NCBI GenBank assembly: GCA_963723515.1
Contig: CAVRQT010000002.1
Location: 512,001 to 576,000, forward strand
Length of the DNA: 64,000 nucleotides
Reading direction: 5' to 3'
From: Vulcanimicrobiota bacterium
Lineage (GTDB): Bacteria; Vulcanimicrobiota; Vulcanimicrobiia; Vulcanimicrobiales; Vulcanimicrobiaceae
Position 1 is the first letter of the stretch. Each line of letters opens with the position of its first letter. The notes under the pieces were generated by a model that saw nothing but the letters and a program-made list of their open reading frames with translations, did not search any database and was not told where the DNA came from. Below, one piece after another: positions 20,040 through 30,332 of this stretch. The translations under genes and the position numbers were made by a program.

Positions 20040-22339
20040 ATGGGCGGCTGGGCATCGTTGCATAAGATACTCATAGTGATTCTCGCTGTGGCGGCGCCGC
20101 TACTCGCGGCGCTGCCGCACCCGGCCGCTGCCAGCGTCTTGGCATCGCAAACCTTCCAGGCCGTCCTGGCGCCGCACCCGCTGCCGCTGGACCCCTCACT
20201 GAGCGATCCGCTGTGGGCGACGGGTGCAGTGCCCGAAGTTGCCTACCAAAACCTCACCACGCGTCAACGCGCACCCTTCACCACGGGCGTCGACGTGCTC
20301 TATGACGCAAACAACCTGTACGTCGCTTTCCACGCGGAGCAAGGCTCGACGCCAATTACCGCGACGCAGACGGCCAACGACATCGGCTTCGGAATCGACG
20401 ATTTCGTCGGCATTGGGGTCGACACGAGCGGCAACGCGTCGCAGGTGTACTTCTTCGAAACGACGCCGCGCGGCGTCAAGTACGAGCAGGCAACGGAGAA
20501 TTCGCGCTACCGTCCCGATTGGCAAGCGGCAGCGAAAGTCGTTGGAACGGCGTGGAACGCGGTCATGATCATTCCGCTCAAAGCGATGCGCATCAACGGC
20601 CAATCGAGCTGGCGAATCAACTTCGTTCGCGGCATCGCTGCGGTCGGGGAGCACTACACCTGGGCGTACGACGGCGTGATGTCGGATGCACCGGCGGGAC
20701 AGTGGCCACTTGCGACCGCGAGCGACGCGCGCTTTTGGCCCAGGCTCTCGGGGTTAAAACTTCCCGCCAACGGCGCTACCCGCGCTCGGCCGCGCGCGGA
20801 GATCTACGCTCTGTCCAGTTCAGGGCAAAACCGCAACCTCTTCGCAGCAGTCCAACGGCACGTTTCTTCCCGAGAACGTTCGCAACGCCGGCGTCGATTT
20901 GACGATCCCGGTGACGAACACGATCAACTTTGTCGGAACGGCGAACCCTGATTTCTCGAACGTCGAGATCGATCAGCAGACGATTGCGCCGCAAGAATTC
21001 CGGCGGGCGTTGCAAGAGTATCGGCCATTCTTTGCGCAAGGCGCGAATTTCATCAATCCGAACGTCGCGCCGTATGGCGGATTCATCAATCCGCAGAACC
21101 TGATCTTCTACTCGCCCAGCATCGGACCGTTCGATCGCGGCGCGAAGATCGAGGGCACGTACGGAAAGCAATCGTTTGGTGTCATGAGCTTCCGCGGCTT
21201 CGATCAGGTGAGCGGCAACGAGTTCGACGATGTGGCCTATGGGTTCAAGCATGCGTTGCCCGACCGCACGTTCTTACTCTGGGCGGACGGTGTCCTCGCG
21301 CATCACTCGATCAGCGGAAACGATTCAACCAATGAAGCCGGAATCGCCGGACGGAATCTCAAGACGGGTTTTGTGTGGGCACTCGATCAAGCGTTTGAAA
21401 AAGGATCGTGGGTCCCGGCGCCGGGCTTTGCACGTTCATTCAACGGGTTTGTCGACGTGCACAAGCCGTTCTATGAAACGCTGCTGCAGTATGCCGATAT
21501 CTCGCCGAACTACAACCCGATTGACGGCTTTACGACCGTTTCGGATATCCGAGGATTCAATTTCTATTTCTCGCCGCAAGGCAGCACGCCGGGCATCAAG
21601 AACTGGAATCTCTTCACCTTCGCAGATCGGCTCTTCGATCGTTCGGGCGCTGTCCATCAGGCCGACGCGCAATTTTTTCTCAACGCAACCTTTAAGAACG
21701 GCTTCAGCTTAAACGGCTTGGGGGCACAAGTCGGGCTGCTGCGCAAGCTACGCCGCGGACGATCCCAACCGCACCGACCCGACGACGCATGCTCTGATCT
21801 ATCCCGGCGGTTGTTCCGATCCGAACTTGCCCTTTACCAGCTTCACGGGCTATCCGAACTATTTTTGCGGCGAAACCGAGCGCTTCAATCTTGCGCAGAT
21901 CGGCATCGGCTATCGTGACGGCACGCCGCGACCGATTGATTTTACGTTCGCCGTTGGTCCGTTCGGTCAAAACTTCACCCACCTGTATACGCTCACGACG
22001 TCGCGGCCGCTCGGCACGCGTTTTTCGCTGGCTGCGGAATATGATGGAACGGTTGAACGATCGTTCACCACCGGTGCATTGGAGTCGCAATGGCTGCGGC
22101 GGATCACACTCGGCGAAACCTTGGGGCCCGATTCCAATATTTCGTTCTCGCTGCGCTCGATCAACGGTCTGGGCGGCTTCGCGATTCCGGGAGTGAACTT
22201 TTCGGCCAGCTACCACCGTCACTTCGCAAACGGCGGCGATCTCTATGTCAATTACGGAACGCCGGCCGCAACCGCAACGCTGAACCGTTTGATCGTTAAG
22301 TACGTCTTTCGAGTCGGGGGCAGCGGGGCGGGCACGTAA
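20040..22339 (+). CDS. exported CBM9/DUF5916-like protein, probably outer membrane (two frameshifts)
   Basis: Signal peptide; LYDANNLYVAF, WRINFVR, NPDFSNVE and EYRPFF in consecutive frames. Confidence 0.75.
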
Positions 22340-22349
22340 CCGCGATCGC

Positions 22350-22508
22350 TTAAGCGCCTTCTTTGTCTTCCTCCATGAACTCATCGCCGGCTTGCGAGTC
22401 GACGTCCGGATCCATCTCTTCGGTCTCCGCTTCATCTTCGCGTTTTGCGCCGGAGGGTAGATCTTCTTCGGTCAATTCGTTTTCGTAAACATCTCTGCGT
22501 TCGCTCAT
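22350..22508 (-). CDS. 52-aa highly acidic small protein
   Basis: MSERRDVYENELTEEDLPSGAKREDEAETEEMDPDVDSQAGDEFMEEDKEGA; ATGA overlap with the upstream ORF. Confidence 0.7.
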   Translation of the reverse strand: MSERRDVYENELTEEDLPSGAKREDEAETEEMDPDVDSQAGDEFMEEDKEGA

Positions 22509-22693
22509 TGCGATTCCTCATCGGCTTCGGCTTGTTCGCCTTCGAAGATCTGACGCTCTCCGGCAATCAGGCCGGTGTCATCCGCGCTTATAACCGCATC
22601 ATCGCGATCGTCGCCATCCCCTTCGACGTTTGAATCGTCGTTCTCGTTAACGACCCGCTCGACGTCATCAGATTCGCGTCTGCGTTCGCTCAT
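22505..22693 (-). CDS. 62-aa highly acidic small protein
   Basis: MSERRRESDDVERVVNENDDSNVEGDGDDRDDAVISADDTGLIAGERQIFEGEQAEADEESQ; AGGAG SD. Confidence 0.75.
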   Translation of the reverse strand: MSERRRESDDVERVVNENDDSNVEGDGDDRDDAVISADDTGLIAGERQIFEGEQAEADEESQ

Positions 22694-22707
22694 CTCGTTT
22701 CTCCTAT

Positions 22708-23682
22708 TTACGCTAAGTAAGGCTCCTCGACCACTACCGGCTCGAGAATTCGATCGGCCTCCGCAAGTATCGCCGGATCGATGCGCAATTCCGCTGCGCG
22801 CAGGTTCTCCTCCACATGTTTCACGCTTGTTGCGCCGACGATGACGCTCGTAACGGCCGGCTGCCGCAGACACCACGCGAGCGCCAGTTCGGGCAGCGCA
22901 TGGCCGGCACGCTTTGCGATGGGAAGCAGCCGCTGTACAGCATCGAGCACGGGCTGCGTGAAGTAATCCTCCATCATCTCGGCCGCCGGTCCTGCGGCGC
23001 GCGTTCCCTTCGGAGGATGTTTCGCGTCGGTGTACTTGCCGGTCAGAACGCCCTGGGCCAGCGGCGACCAAACGACATTGCCTAATCCATATTGCTCGCA
23101 GATCGGTAAGACGCGCCGTTCGATTCGTCGCGCGAGGAGGCTGTATTCCGGCTGATTGCTGATCGGCATCGCCCATCGGTTCGCGCGACAGACGTTCACC
23201 GCGGAAACGATTTGATCCGCATTCCACTCGGAGACACCCCAATAAAGCGTCTTCCCTGCGCGCACGAGATCGTTCATCATAGCGCACGTCTCTTCGATCG
23301 GTGTCTGGAGATCGTAACGGTGGCATTGGTACAGATCGACGTAGTCCACTTGCAGCCGCCGCAGCGAGGCATCGATTTGGCCGCGAATGTGCTTGCGCGA
23401 GAGCCCGCGTTCGTTCGGATCATCGCCCATCGGAAAGTACACCTTGCTGGCGATCACGATCGCATCGCGCTCTAACTCTTTGAGAATCGGCGCGAGCGTT
23501 TTCTCGGCGGCGCCTCGAGCATAGACGTTCGCGGTATCGAAGAAGTTGACACCGCCTTCGTATGCGCGCAGGACGCAGCGGCGAGCAGTTTCTGCCTCAA
23601 CGCTGCTGCCGTATGTCAGCCACGAACCAAGACCGATAACCGAAAGCTGCAATCCCGAGTGTCCGAGCGAGCGATACTGCAT
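22708..23682 (-). CDS. aldo/keto reductase
   Basis: YRSLGHSGL, FDTANVY, SLRRLQVDYVDLYQCH and WSPLAQGVLTGKY. Confidence 0.95.
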   Translation of the reverse strand: MQYRSLGHSGLQLSVIGLGSWLTYGSSVEAETARRCVLRAYEGGVNFFDTANVYARGAAEKTLAPILKELERDAIVIASKVYFPMGDDPNERGLSRKHIRGQIDASLRRLQVDYVDLYQCHRYDLQTPIEETCAMMNDLVRAGKTLYWGVSEWNADQIVSAVNVCRANRWAMPISNQPEYSLLARRIERRVLPICEQYGLGNVVWSPLAQGVLTGKYTDAKHPPKGTRAAGPAAEMMEDYFTQPVLDAVQRLLPIAKRAGHALPELALAWCLRQPAVTSVIVGATSVKHVEENLRAAELRIDPAILAEADRILEPVVVEEPYLA

Positions 23683-23693
23683 CGACTTCCTTT

Positions 23694-24197
23694 CTATGTG
23701 CGCGGCGTGCGCTCTATCAAGAGCCGTTCGATGAGGCGCGTGAAGCGCATCCACCACTGCTCGCGTGCGACGATCGGCTCCGTCAAAATGACCTTCATAC
23801 CGAAACGTTTCGCGCCTAAGACGTCGGTAAAGAGTTGATCGCCGATGACAACGGTATCCGCATGCGAGGTTCCCAGGGCTTTCAAAGCGGCATGGAATCC
23901 GCGAAACAACGGCTTGCGGGCGTTCGGGATGCACGGTACACGCAGCGCTTGTGCGGTCCTTACCGCCCAATCGGTCGCGTTATTGGTGACGATGATCGCG
24001 CGCAAGCCACGTTGCTTCGCATTCTCGATCCAAGCGGCGACATTCGCTTCCGGTTCGTTCAATTTGTACCCCACCAGCGTATTATCTAAGTCCATGATGA
24101 TGCCGCGGACGCCGTCTGAGACTAGCGCATCGAGGTCAACCTCCTCGATTCGCCGCGCATATGACGTTGGCCGCAGGAAGCGACCGCGCACCCTCAA
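23694..24197 (-). CDS. YqeG family HAD IIIA phosphatase
   Basis: DLDNTL, ARKP and IGDQLFTDVLG. Confidence 0.93.
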   Translation of the reverse strand: MRVRGRFLRPTSYARRIEEVDLDALVSDGVRGIIMDLDNTLVGYKLNEPEANVAAWIENAKQRGLRAIIVTNNATDWAVRTAQALRVPCIPNARKPLFRGFHAALKALGTSHADTVVIGDQLFTDVLGAKRFGMKVILTEPIVAREQWWMRFTRLIERLLIERTPRT

Positions 24198-25069
24198 GCG
24201 GACCGCTCTTTCGCCGGAACGCAGACGGTAATGGCATGCGGGAGCACTTCAAAGGTTGCCGGCGTCATCGTCGCGGGCTCCCCATCTGCAAAGATGTGCC
24301 GCGGCCGCCGCGTCGTAACCTCAAACTTTGTGGATCGTCGGGTTGTGATCGCGGGTGAATCACGTACCTCTCGCTTCACAATCGGCTTGAGCAACCGAAA
24401 GACGTCCGGCCAGCGCTTGATGCGCAAACTATAGAGTTCGAGCTGACCATCATCCAGTTGCGCGGTTCGATTCGTGATAAGGCCGCCGAAATGAAAGCTG
24501 TTTGCAACGGTCAGTTGGATGGTCTTCAGATGTTCGGTTTGCCCATCGTGCGAAACGGTCGCTTCGAACGGCCGTGCATGCCAGATCGTCGTCGCGGTCG
24601 TCGTGAGCGCGGAAACGACGCCTAAAGAGCGCTTGAGGTTCGCCGTCTGCCGTCGCGCGATGTGCGTGCTTATTCCAAGGCTCGCTTCCGTTAAGAAATA
24701 GCGGCCGTTCACGCAGCCGACGTCGATTGGACGACGGCGGCCGGAGAGGACCACATCGACCGCCTCTGCAGGATCCAACGGAATCGCCAAGGCGCGCGCC
24801 AGGTCGTTAAACGTTCCGAGCGGGATGATACCGACCGGCAGCGAGCGGCCGACGAACGCGTCGAGGCTCGACATCAGGGTTCCGTCGCCGCCTCCAATGA
24901 CCGCAATATCGATGCGATCGCGATATTTTTCGAGAATTTGCGCCGCAGAGCGACCGTCGAGCGGCTCGGTAATCGTCTCCGCGCGTGCCGCCGCAAAGGC
25001 GCCCTCAATCTCATGCGCGCGCTCGGTTCCCAGCCGCGCACGCGAATTCATGATCAGAAGAATGCGCAC
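24194..25069 (-). CDS. diacylglycerol/lipid kinase family protein (YegS/DagK-like)
   Basis: GGDGT, PLGTFNDLA and ADGE. Confidence 0.93.
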   Translation of the reverse strand: MRILLIMNSRARLGTERAHEIEGAFAAARAETITEPLDGRSAAQILEKYRDRIDIAVIGGGDGTLMSSLDAFVGRSLPVGIIPLGTFNDLARALAIPLDPAEAVDVVLSGRRRPIDVGCVNGRYFLTEASLGISTHIARRQTANLKRSLGVVSALTTTATTIWHARPFEATVSHDGQTEHLKTIQLTVANSFHFGGLITNRTAQLDDGQLELYSLRIKRWPDVFRLLKPIVKREVRDSPAITTRRSTKFEVTTRRPRHIFADGEPATMTPATFEVLPHAITVCVPAKERSA

Positions 25070-25120
25070 GATTTAAACTTTCTTCATGCGCGGGGCGTTA
25101 CAATGCCTTAGGAGGGCCTT

Positions 25121-25462
25121 ATGGCATTACGATCCGTCCTGCTCGTATTTTTTGTCGCGGCCGCGATGGCGATCGCCGTGGCGCAAAGCAGTTCGACTGC
25201 TCCCCAAACAACTGTCGTTCATATCGCCTCATTTTCGTTTCACCCCGACAATCTGACCGTTCATACCGGCGACACGGTAACATTTCAAAACGATGACGGC
25301 GTTGCGCACACCGTTACTGCGGATGATAAGTCCTTTGACTCGAGCAATCTCGATCCGAAGGCGAAGTTTTCACATACCTTCGCGTCAGCCGGAACATTTA
25401 AATACAGCTGCAGCTACCACCCGATGATGAAAGGAACAATCGTCGTCAAAGACACTCAGTGA
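25121..25462 (+). CDS. cupredoxin (plastocyanin/amicyanin-like)
   Basis: Signal peptide; HTVT and C-x2-H-x2-M type 1 copper ligands. Confidence 0.92.
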   Translation: MALRSVLLVFFVAAAMAIAVAQSSSTAPQTTVVHIASFSFHPDNLTVHTGDTVTFQNDDGVAHTVTADDKSFDSSNLDPKAKFSHTFASAGTFKYSCSYHPMMKGTIVVKDTQ

Positions 25463-25473
25463 CGCGAAACGCG

Positions 25474-25866
25474 TTATAACTTCCGCTTGTGAAGGAAGAT
25501 GCTGTTGCCTTCAGGATCGGTGATCGTCGCCATATTGCAAACGGCGGTCTCACGTTCCACTATTTCAATGCCGCGGTCCTGGAGCGCCTGAACGGCGGCC
25601 TCCAAGTCGTCGACTGCAAATAAAATTCCATTACCCGGCTGAAACGGCATCACTTTTCCTCCACCACCGAACAGACCGAAAGTCGTTCCGTCGGGTAGCG
25701 CATACTCTGCGCCGCGGTCGTCCGGATAGACCAGCACCGGCTCTAAACCAAGCACGTCGCGATACCACTCGATCGCCCGCGCCGCATCTTTGCACATGTA
25801 GCCGCTGAGATCCATCCCCGTGATTCGAAAGGGTCGCTCGGTTGCGCGCTCTTGCGTTTGTTGCAT
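25474..25866 (-). CDS. VOC family protein
   Basis: WYRDVLGL, FAVDDL and DPEGN. Confidence 0.9.
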   Translation of the reverse strand: MQQTQERATERPFRITGMDLSGYMCKDAARAIEWYRDVLGLEPVLVYPDDRGAEYALPDGTTFGLFGGGGKVMPFQPGNGILFAVDDLEAAVQALQDRGIEIVERETAVCNMATITDPEGNSIFLHKRKL

Positions 25867-25991
25867 CTTTCATCTCCAAATGATCGGGAAGGCTGTTACA
25901 TAGTTCGCCGCTATCTTTCTTGGAGGTCTCAAAATGGCCGCTTCGCCGCGCACGGTCCCAAGCTGATCGTCTCCCGCCCCGGATTCGGCTG

Positions 25992-26556
25992 CTAAGCCGT
26001 AACCCTTTCGATCCACAGATCGACCGCGGCATCGATTCGTCGCCGGTCGCGCGTCGCGCACAAATCCAACATGAAGCCGCGGTAGCCGGCGATCAACACC
26101 GTCGCAAAAGCGGTCGCCTCGCTGCGGCGCCAGCCTTGCACAACCAACGGCTCCGTGATGAAGAGCAGCCAATCTTGTACAACACGCTTCAGGAATCCGG
26201 CGAAGCGCTTACGATTCTGAAGCGCTAAACCATAAACTTCAAAGAACAAGCGGAAAACCGGCTCAGATGCCGGAGCGCTCATCGTATCCCAAATCTGCGC
26301 GACACGCCTTGCGGCTGCCCATGCCACCGGTCTTGAGCTGCGCAAAAATCTCCCGCTGGCGCTCAGCGGCTCGCGTCAACACAGCCTCAATCAGCTTTTC
26401 CTTCGAGCCGAAGTGATAAAGGATGCCGCGAGGACTGCTGTTCACGGCCTCCGCCAGCGGGCGCAGCGAGAGATCGGAGATTCCGTTCGCGACGATATAC
26501 CGCACCACGGCATCGAGAAGATCTTCCCGCAGCTGCGGGTCAGCAACGCGTGTCAC
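25992..26556 (-). CDS. TetR/AcrR family regulator (frameshift near 26330)
   Basis: LSLRPLAEAV..SPRGILYHFGSKEKL; C-terminal half in a second frame. Confidence 0.88.
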
Positions 26557-26575
26557 CTTACACAGGATAACATAC

Positions 26576-26593
26576 TTGAAACACTCGTTTCAA
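26576..26593. promoter_or_regulatory. TetR operator between divergent tetR and MFS genes
   Basis: Perfect inverted repeat TTGAAAC-ACTC-GTTTCAA. Confidence 0.8.
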
Positions 26594-26611
26594 CTGTGAT
26601 ATAGTGGCGCT

Positions 26612-27860
26612 GTGAAGCGCAATGCTCTGACGTTCATCTTTATCAGCGTCCTGCTCGACATGTTGGCGCTTGGGCGTTATGGCGCCGGTATTGGCGCCGC
26701 TGATCAAGACCTTCACGCACCATGACGTCAGCGCGGCGCAATGGATCGGGATCTTTTCGACACTCTTTGCGGTCATGCAATTTTTCTTCTCGCCGCTGCT
26801 CGGCGTCATTTCCGACCGCTTCGGACGACGTCCGGTCATCTTGCTTTCGAACCTCGGGCTCGGACTCGATTATGTAATCATGGCGCTCGCGCCGACGCTC
26901 GGATGGCTCTTGGTCGGCCGCATCATCTCCGGCATCACGTCGTCAAACATCAGTGTTGCCTACGCCTATATTTCGGACGTCGCGCCGCCGGAAAAACGCG
27001 CGCGCGGCTTCGGCATGATCGGTGCGGCGTTCGGCGTCGGCTTCGTGCTCGGACCAGCGATCGGAGGAGTGCTCTCACAGCATGGGGATCTCCGATTGCC
27101 GTTTTGGGTCAGCGCTGGACTGAGCCTCTTGAATTTTATCTACGGACTGCTCGTGCTACCCGAAAGCTTGCCGCATGAAAAGCGCAATGCATTTCGGTTC
27201 GCGCGTGCCAATCCGCTTGGGTCCTTACGACTCCTGCGCTCGCACCGCGAACTCCTCGGTATCGGCGCCGCGTACTTGTTTGCGATGATTGCGCACGACG
27301 TCTTGCCGACCGTTTGGACGATTTACGGCATTCACCGTTATGCATGGAATCTGCGTACGATCGGCTTCTCTTTAGCCACGATCGGCATCTCGCAGATTGT
27401 CGTTTCGAGCTTGCTTGTAGGGCCGGCCGTAAAATGGCTGGGCGACCGTGCGGCGATGCTCGTCGGTTATGGATTCGGCGTCGTCGCATTTTGCGTCTTT
27501 GCCGCGGCAAATGCGAGCTGGGTCTTTTTCTTGGGCATTCCGATCTTGGCACTGTGGGCAATCGCCACGCCCGGATTGCAGGCGATTGCGGCGCGCCATA
27601 TTTCGGCTTCCGAACAAGGCGAATTGCAAGGCGCGCTCGGCAGCGTGCGCGGTATCTCCACGATCATCGGTCCGCCGCTTTTCGCGGGAGCGTTTGCGGT
27701 CTTCATCGGGCCGCTAGCGTCGATTCACGTGCCCGGTGCGCCATGGTATATGGCGGCGTTGCTGCTCGTGGGCACGTGCGCGATCGGGTACGCTGCAACC
27801 CAACGGGATCGCGATCTACACGTGCCGGCAACTCCGGTGCTGGAGGAACTGCAGGTGTAG
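26612..27860 (+). CDS. TetA/TCR-like MFS efflux transporter (frameshift near 26670)
   Basis: MKRNALTFIFISVLLD start; GVISDRFGRRPV, GRIISG, LPESL and QGELQG. Confidence 0.9.
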
Positions 27861-27986
27861 CGCAGTGAGCAGCCTGCCGCACTCAAAGCGCTCCTCCGAC
27901 CTCGACCTTAATTTACGAACCTTTTTCGCTCAGCACATCCGGCCGCGGCGCACGATGAACACCGCGGCCGCTTGCAAGAGGCCCTG

Positions 27987-28433
27987 TTAGCGCGAGAGCT
28001 GCGCGGCAAGTTTGTCCAGGCACTGGCCCCAGCCACTCTCGTGCGAAACGCGGGATTGTTGACGCGAGAAGCGATCGTGCTGCAATGTGAGCTCCGTGCC
28101 GTCGCCGTCGGGCGCGAACTCGAGCGTCAGCAGCGTGTGCTGTTCGTCTTTGGGATCGTCCTCGGTCCAAATCCACGTGAGTGCCAGACGGTTCGGCTGA
28201 GAAACCTCGCGATACGTTCCGTGCAGCGTCCACAAGTCGTCATCTGGCATACGAAAGACGATTTTGTAGTCGCCGCCTTCACGCACGTCGGCTGCGGCTT
28301 CCACGAGTTTGACGTTATCGGGCCGCATGAGTTCGGCAAAGGTGTCGATATTCGCAAAGGCGTTGTAGACGCGCTGCGGCGGCGCGCCGAAGCGGCGGCG
28401 AATGAACACCGCCGGAAGCGTTGTTTGATTCAC
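27987..28433 (-). CDS. SRPBCC/AHSA1 domain protein
   Basis: DVREGG.Y, GTYREV..P.RL..TW and HESGW..CLDKL; GTGA overlap with arsR. Confidence 0.9.
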   Translation of the reverse strand: MNQTTLPAVFIRRRFGAPPQRVYNAFANIDTFAELMRPDNVKLVEAAADVREGGDYKIVFRMPDDDLWTLHGTYREVSQPNRLALTWIWTEDDPKDEQHTLLTLEFAPDGDGTELTLQHDRFSRQQSRVSHESGWGQCLDKLAAQLSR

Positions 28434-28765
28434 GGTTTCCTCTTTTCGTTTGATGGTTTGGTGAGAAGGCTCTCGAGGCGATCGAGAGCGTTGTTCCAAT
28501 AACGGCGCTGCCGCTCGATCCAGCCCGAAACCTCTTGCATAGCTTGCGGTGAGATTATGCAGTAATGCACGCGCCCTTCGACCGTACGCTGGAGCAAGCC
28601 GGCTTCTTCAAGCACGCGAACGTGCCGTGAGATAGCAGGCTGCGAGATCGGAAATTCCGAGCCGATCTGCCCGATAGTTAGCGGCCTGCGCGCGAGACGC
28701 TCCACGATCCGGCGACGCGTAGGATCCGCGAGAGCGGCAAAGACGTCGTCGAGCTTCATAACCAT
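28430..28765 (-). CDS. ArsR/SmtB family regulator
   Basis: FAALADPTRRRI and SQPAISRHVRVLEEAGL. Confidence 0.95.
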   Translation of the reverse strand: MVMKLDDVFAALADPTRRRIVERLARRPLTIGQIGSEFPISQPAISRHVRVLEEAGLLQRTVEGRVHYCIISPQAMQEVSGWIERQRRYWNNALDRLESLLTKPSNEKRKP

Positions 28766-28805
28766 TTTGTTATATAACCATACGGTTATATAGCTCCAAT
28801 GTCAA
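28758..28805 (-). promoter_or_regulatory. arsR promoter with autoregulatory operator
   Basis: TTGACA-N17-TATGGT; perfect IR TATATAACC-N4-GGTTATATA at 28771-28792, with a second imperfect copy over the start codon. Confidence 0.8.
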
Positions 28806-28842
28806 GCCCCGCAAGAGGCCGCACTGGGCGCAACTAGCGTCC

Positions 28843-29028
28843 TGCTTCGACAAGCTCAGCATGACACAACGGTCAAGCGCGCCGCTATTTTCTTTCGTGG
28901 CTAGGATTTGCGCGATTACGGTGGTGCTTCGACCCTTCGACGCCGCTCAGGGCAGGCTAAGCTCAGCATGACACAGCAGTGAAGGTCAGCGCGGCACAAC
29001 AGTCCAGCGCGCAGCTATTTTCTTTCGT
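28843..29028 (+). repeat. tandem duplicated REP-like unit (one simple and one nested copy)
   Basis: TGCTTCGAC..AAGCTCAGCATGACACA...GCTATTTTCTTTCGT at 28843-28898 and 28925-29028. Confidence 0.85.
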
Positions 29029-29145
29029 CGGTCAGTAATTTCGGTGCTGTTTTTTCGTCCAGCGAGGCATCGTCGCCCGCAGTGTATATCGGCTCATACA
29101 CAAGGGCGACGATAACAAAGCTGGACGGAAAAAGAGCCCGAAATT

Positions 29146-29229
29146 TGCCCAGAAAGGGACTCGAACCCCCACGACCTTGCGGCCACTGATACCTGAAACC
29201 AGCGCGTCTACCAATTCCGCCATCTGGGC
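29146..29229 (-). tRNA. tRNA-Leu(CAG)
   Basis: GCCCAGA acceptor stem, TGGTAGAC D-loop, CTGGT-TTCAGGT-ATCAG anticodon arm, long variable arm and GTTCGAGTC; CCA not encoded. Confidence 0.97.
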
Positions 29230-29314
29230 TTGCGGGCTTTAAAGGCCACCGGCGATTCGTCGGTCGCACGCTGAAACCCTCACGGCCGCTTGAGGTTTTG
29301 TTAGCCACCTACAG

Positions 29315-30268
29315 ATGAGCGTTCCATTGAAACTGATCAGCGCCGAGCCTGCCGACGAGGTCCTCGACGCATATTCTGAGGCCGTCATCACGGCAGCACA
29401 ACGCGTCAGTCCGTCCGTCGTGAACATCGACGTTCGCGGCAACCACTCCGGCAACGGATCCGGCTTCGTCTTCACGCCCGACGGATTCGTTCTCACGAAC
29501 AGTCACGTCGTTCACGGTGCGCGCCGCATCACGATTTCGCTGCTCGACGGAAGAGAATTGCCGGCTTCCCTCATCGGATCGGATCCGCACACCGATCTTG
29601 CGGTCGTGCGCGTCGATGCGCCTGATCTGACTCCGGCACAGCTTGGTGATTCAGCGCGTTTGCGCCCAGGGCAACTGGTCGTCGCGGTCGGAAATCCGTT
29701 CGGTCTTCAATATACCGTGACCGCCGGCGTCGTCAGCGCAGTTGGCCGCTCGCTGCGTTCGCAATCAGGACGATTGATGGACAACATCATTCAGACCGAT
29801 GCCGCACTCAATCCCGGTAATTCCGGAGGGCCGCTCGTCGCCGCGGACGGCTCGGTCATCGGCGTGAATACCGCCGTCTTTCCGGGCCAAGGCATTTGCT
29901 TTGCGATCGGCGTGAACACGGCAAAACATATTGCGAGTCTCTTGATGCGTGACGGCCGCGTGCGGCGTGGTTATCTTGGCATCGCCGGGCAAGACGTGGA
30001 GCTGCCGCGCCACTTCGCACGGCGTCACGAACTCACGCAGAAAAGCGCTGTGCTCGTGATTTCCGTTGAAGCAGGCAGTCCCGCGCAAACCGCGCGCGTC
30101 AAAGAAGGCGACGTCATCGTGGGATTCGATGAGACGCCGCTAACCGGCATCGACGAGTTGCACAAGGTGCTGACGACAATCGATCTCTCTCGCAGCCGCA
30201 AGTTGACGATCGCACGCAAAGGCGAGCGCATCGATACCTTTGTGCTGCCGATTGAAGCGGAAAGCTAA
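29315..30268 (+). CDS. HtrA/DegP-family S1C serine protease with PDZ domain
   Basis: GSGF, TNSHVV, DLAV and [15 protein letters not shown]. Confidence 0.95.
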   Translation: MSVPLKLISAEPADEVLDAYSEAVITAAQRVSPSVVNIDVRGNHSGNGSGFVFTPDGFVLTNSHVVHGARRITISLLDGRELPASLIGSDPHTDLAVVRVDAPDLTPAQLGDSARLRPGQLVVAVGNPFGLQYTVTAGVVSAVGRSLRSQSGRLMDNIIQTDAALNPGNSGGPLVAADGSVIGVNTAVFPGQGICFAIGVNTAKHIASLLMRDGRVRRGYLGIAGQDVELPRHFARRHELTQKSAVLVISVEAGSPAQTARVKEGDVIVGFDETPLTGIDELHKVLTTIDLSRSRKLTIARKGERIDTFVLPIEAES

Positions 30269-30332
30269 GCGCACCAGCGCGAGGGGCGACCTGCTTCTCG
30301 CCGAAATCGGCGCACCTCCATGGAGCGTCTAG

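Noticed and set aside
29015..29308. ORFs overlapping tRNA-Leu, and the tRNA as an island attachment site
   Set aside because: The ORFs are shadows of the tRNA; no integrase or duplicated tRNA 3' end was found in the window
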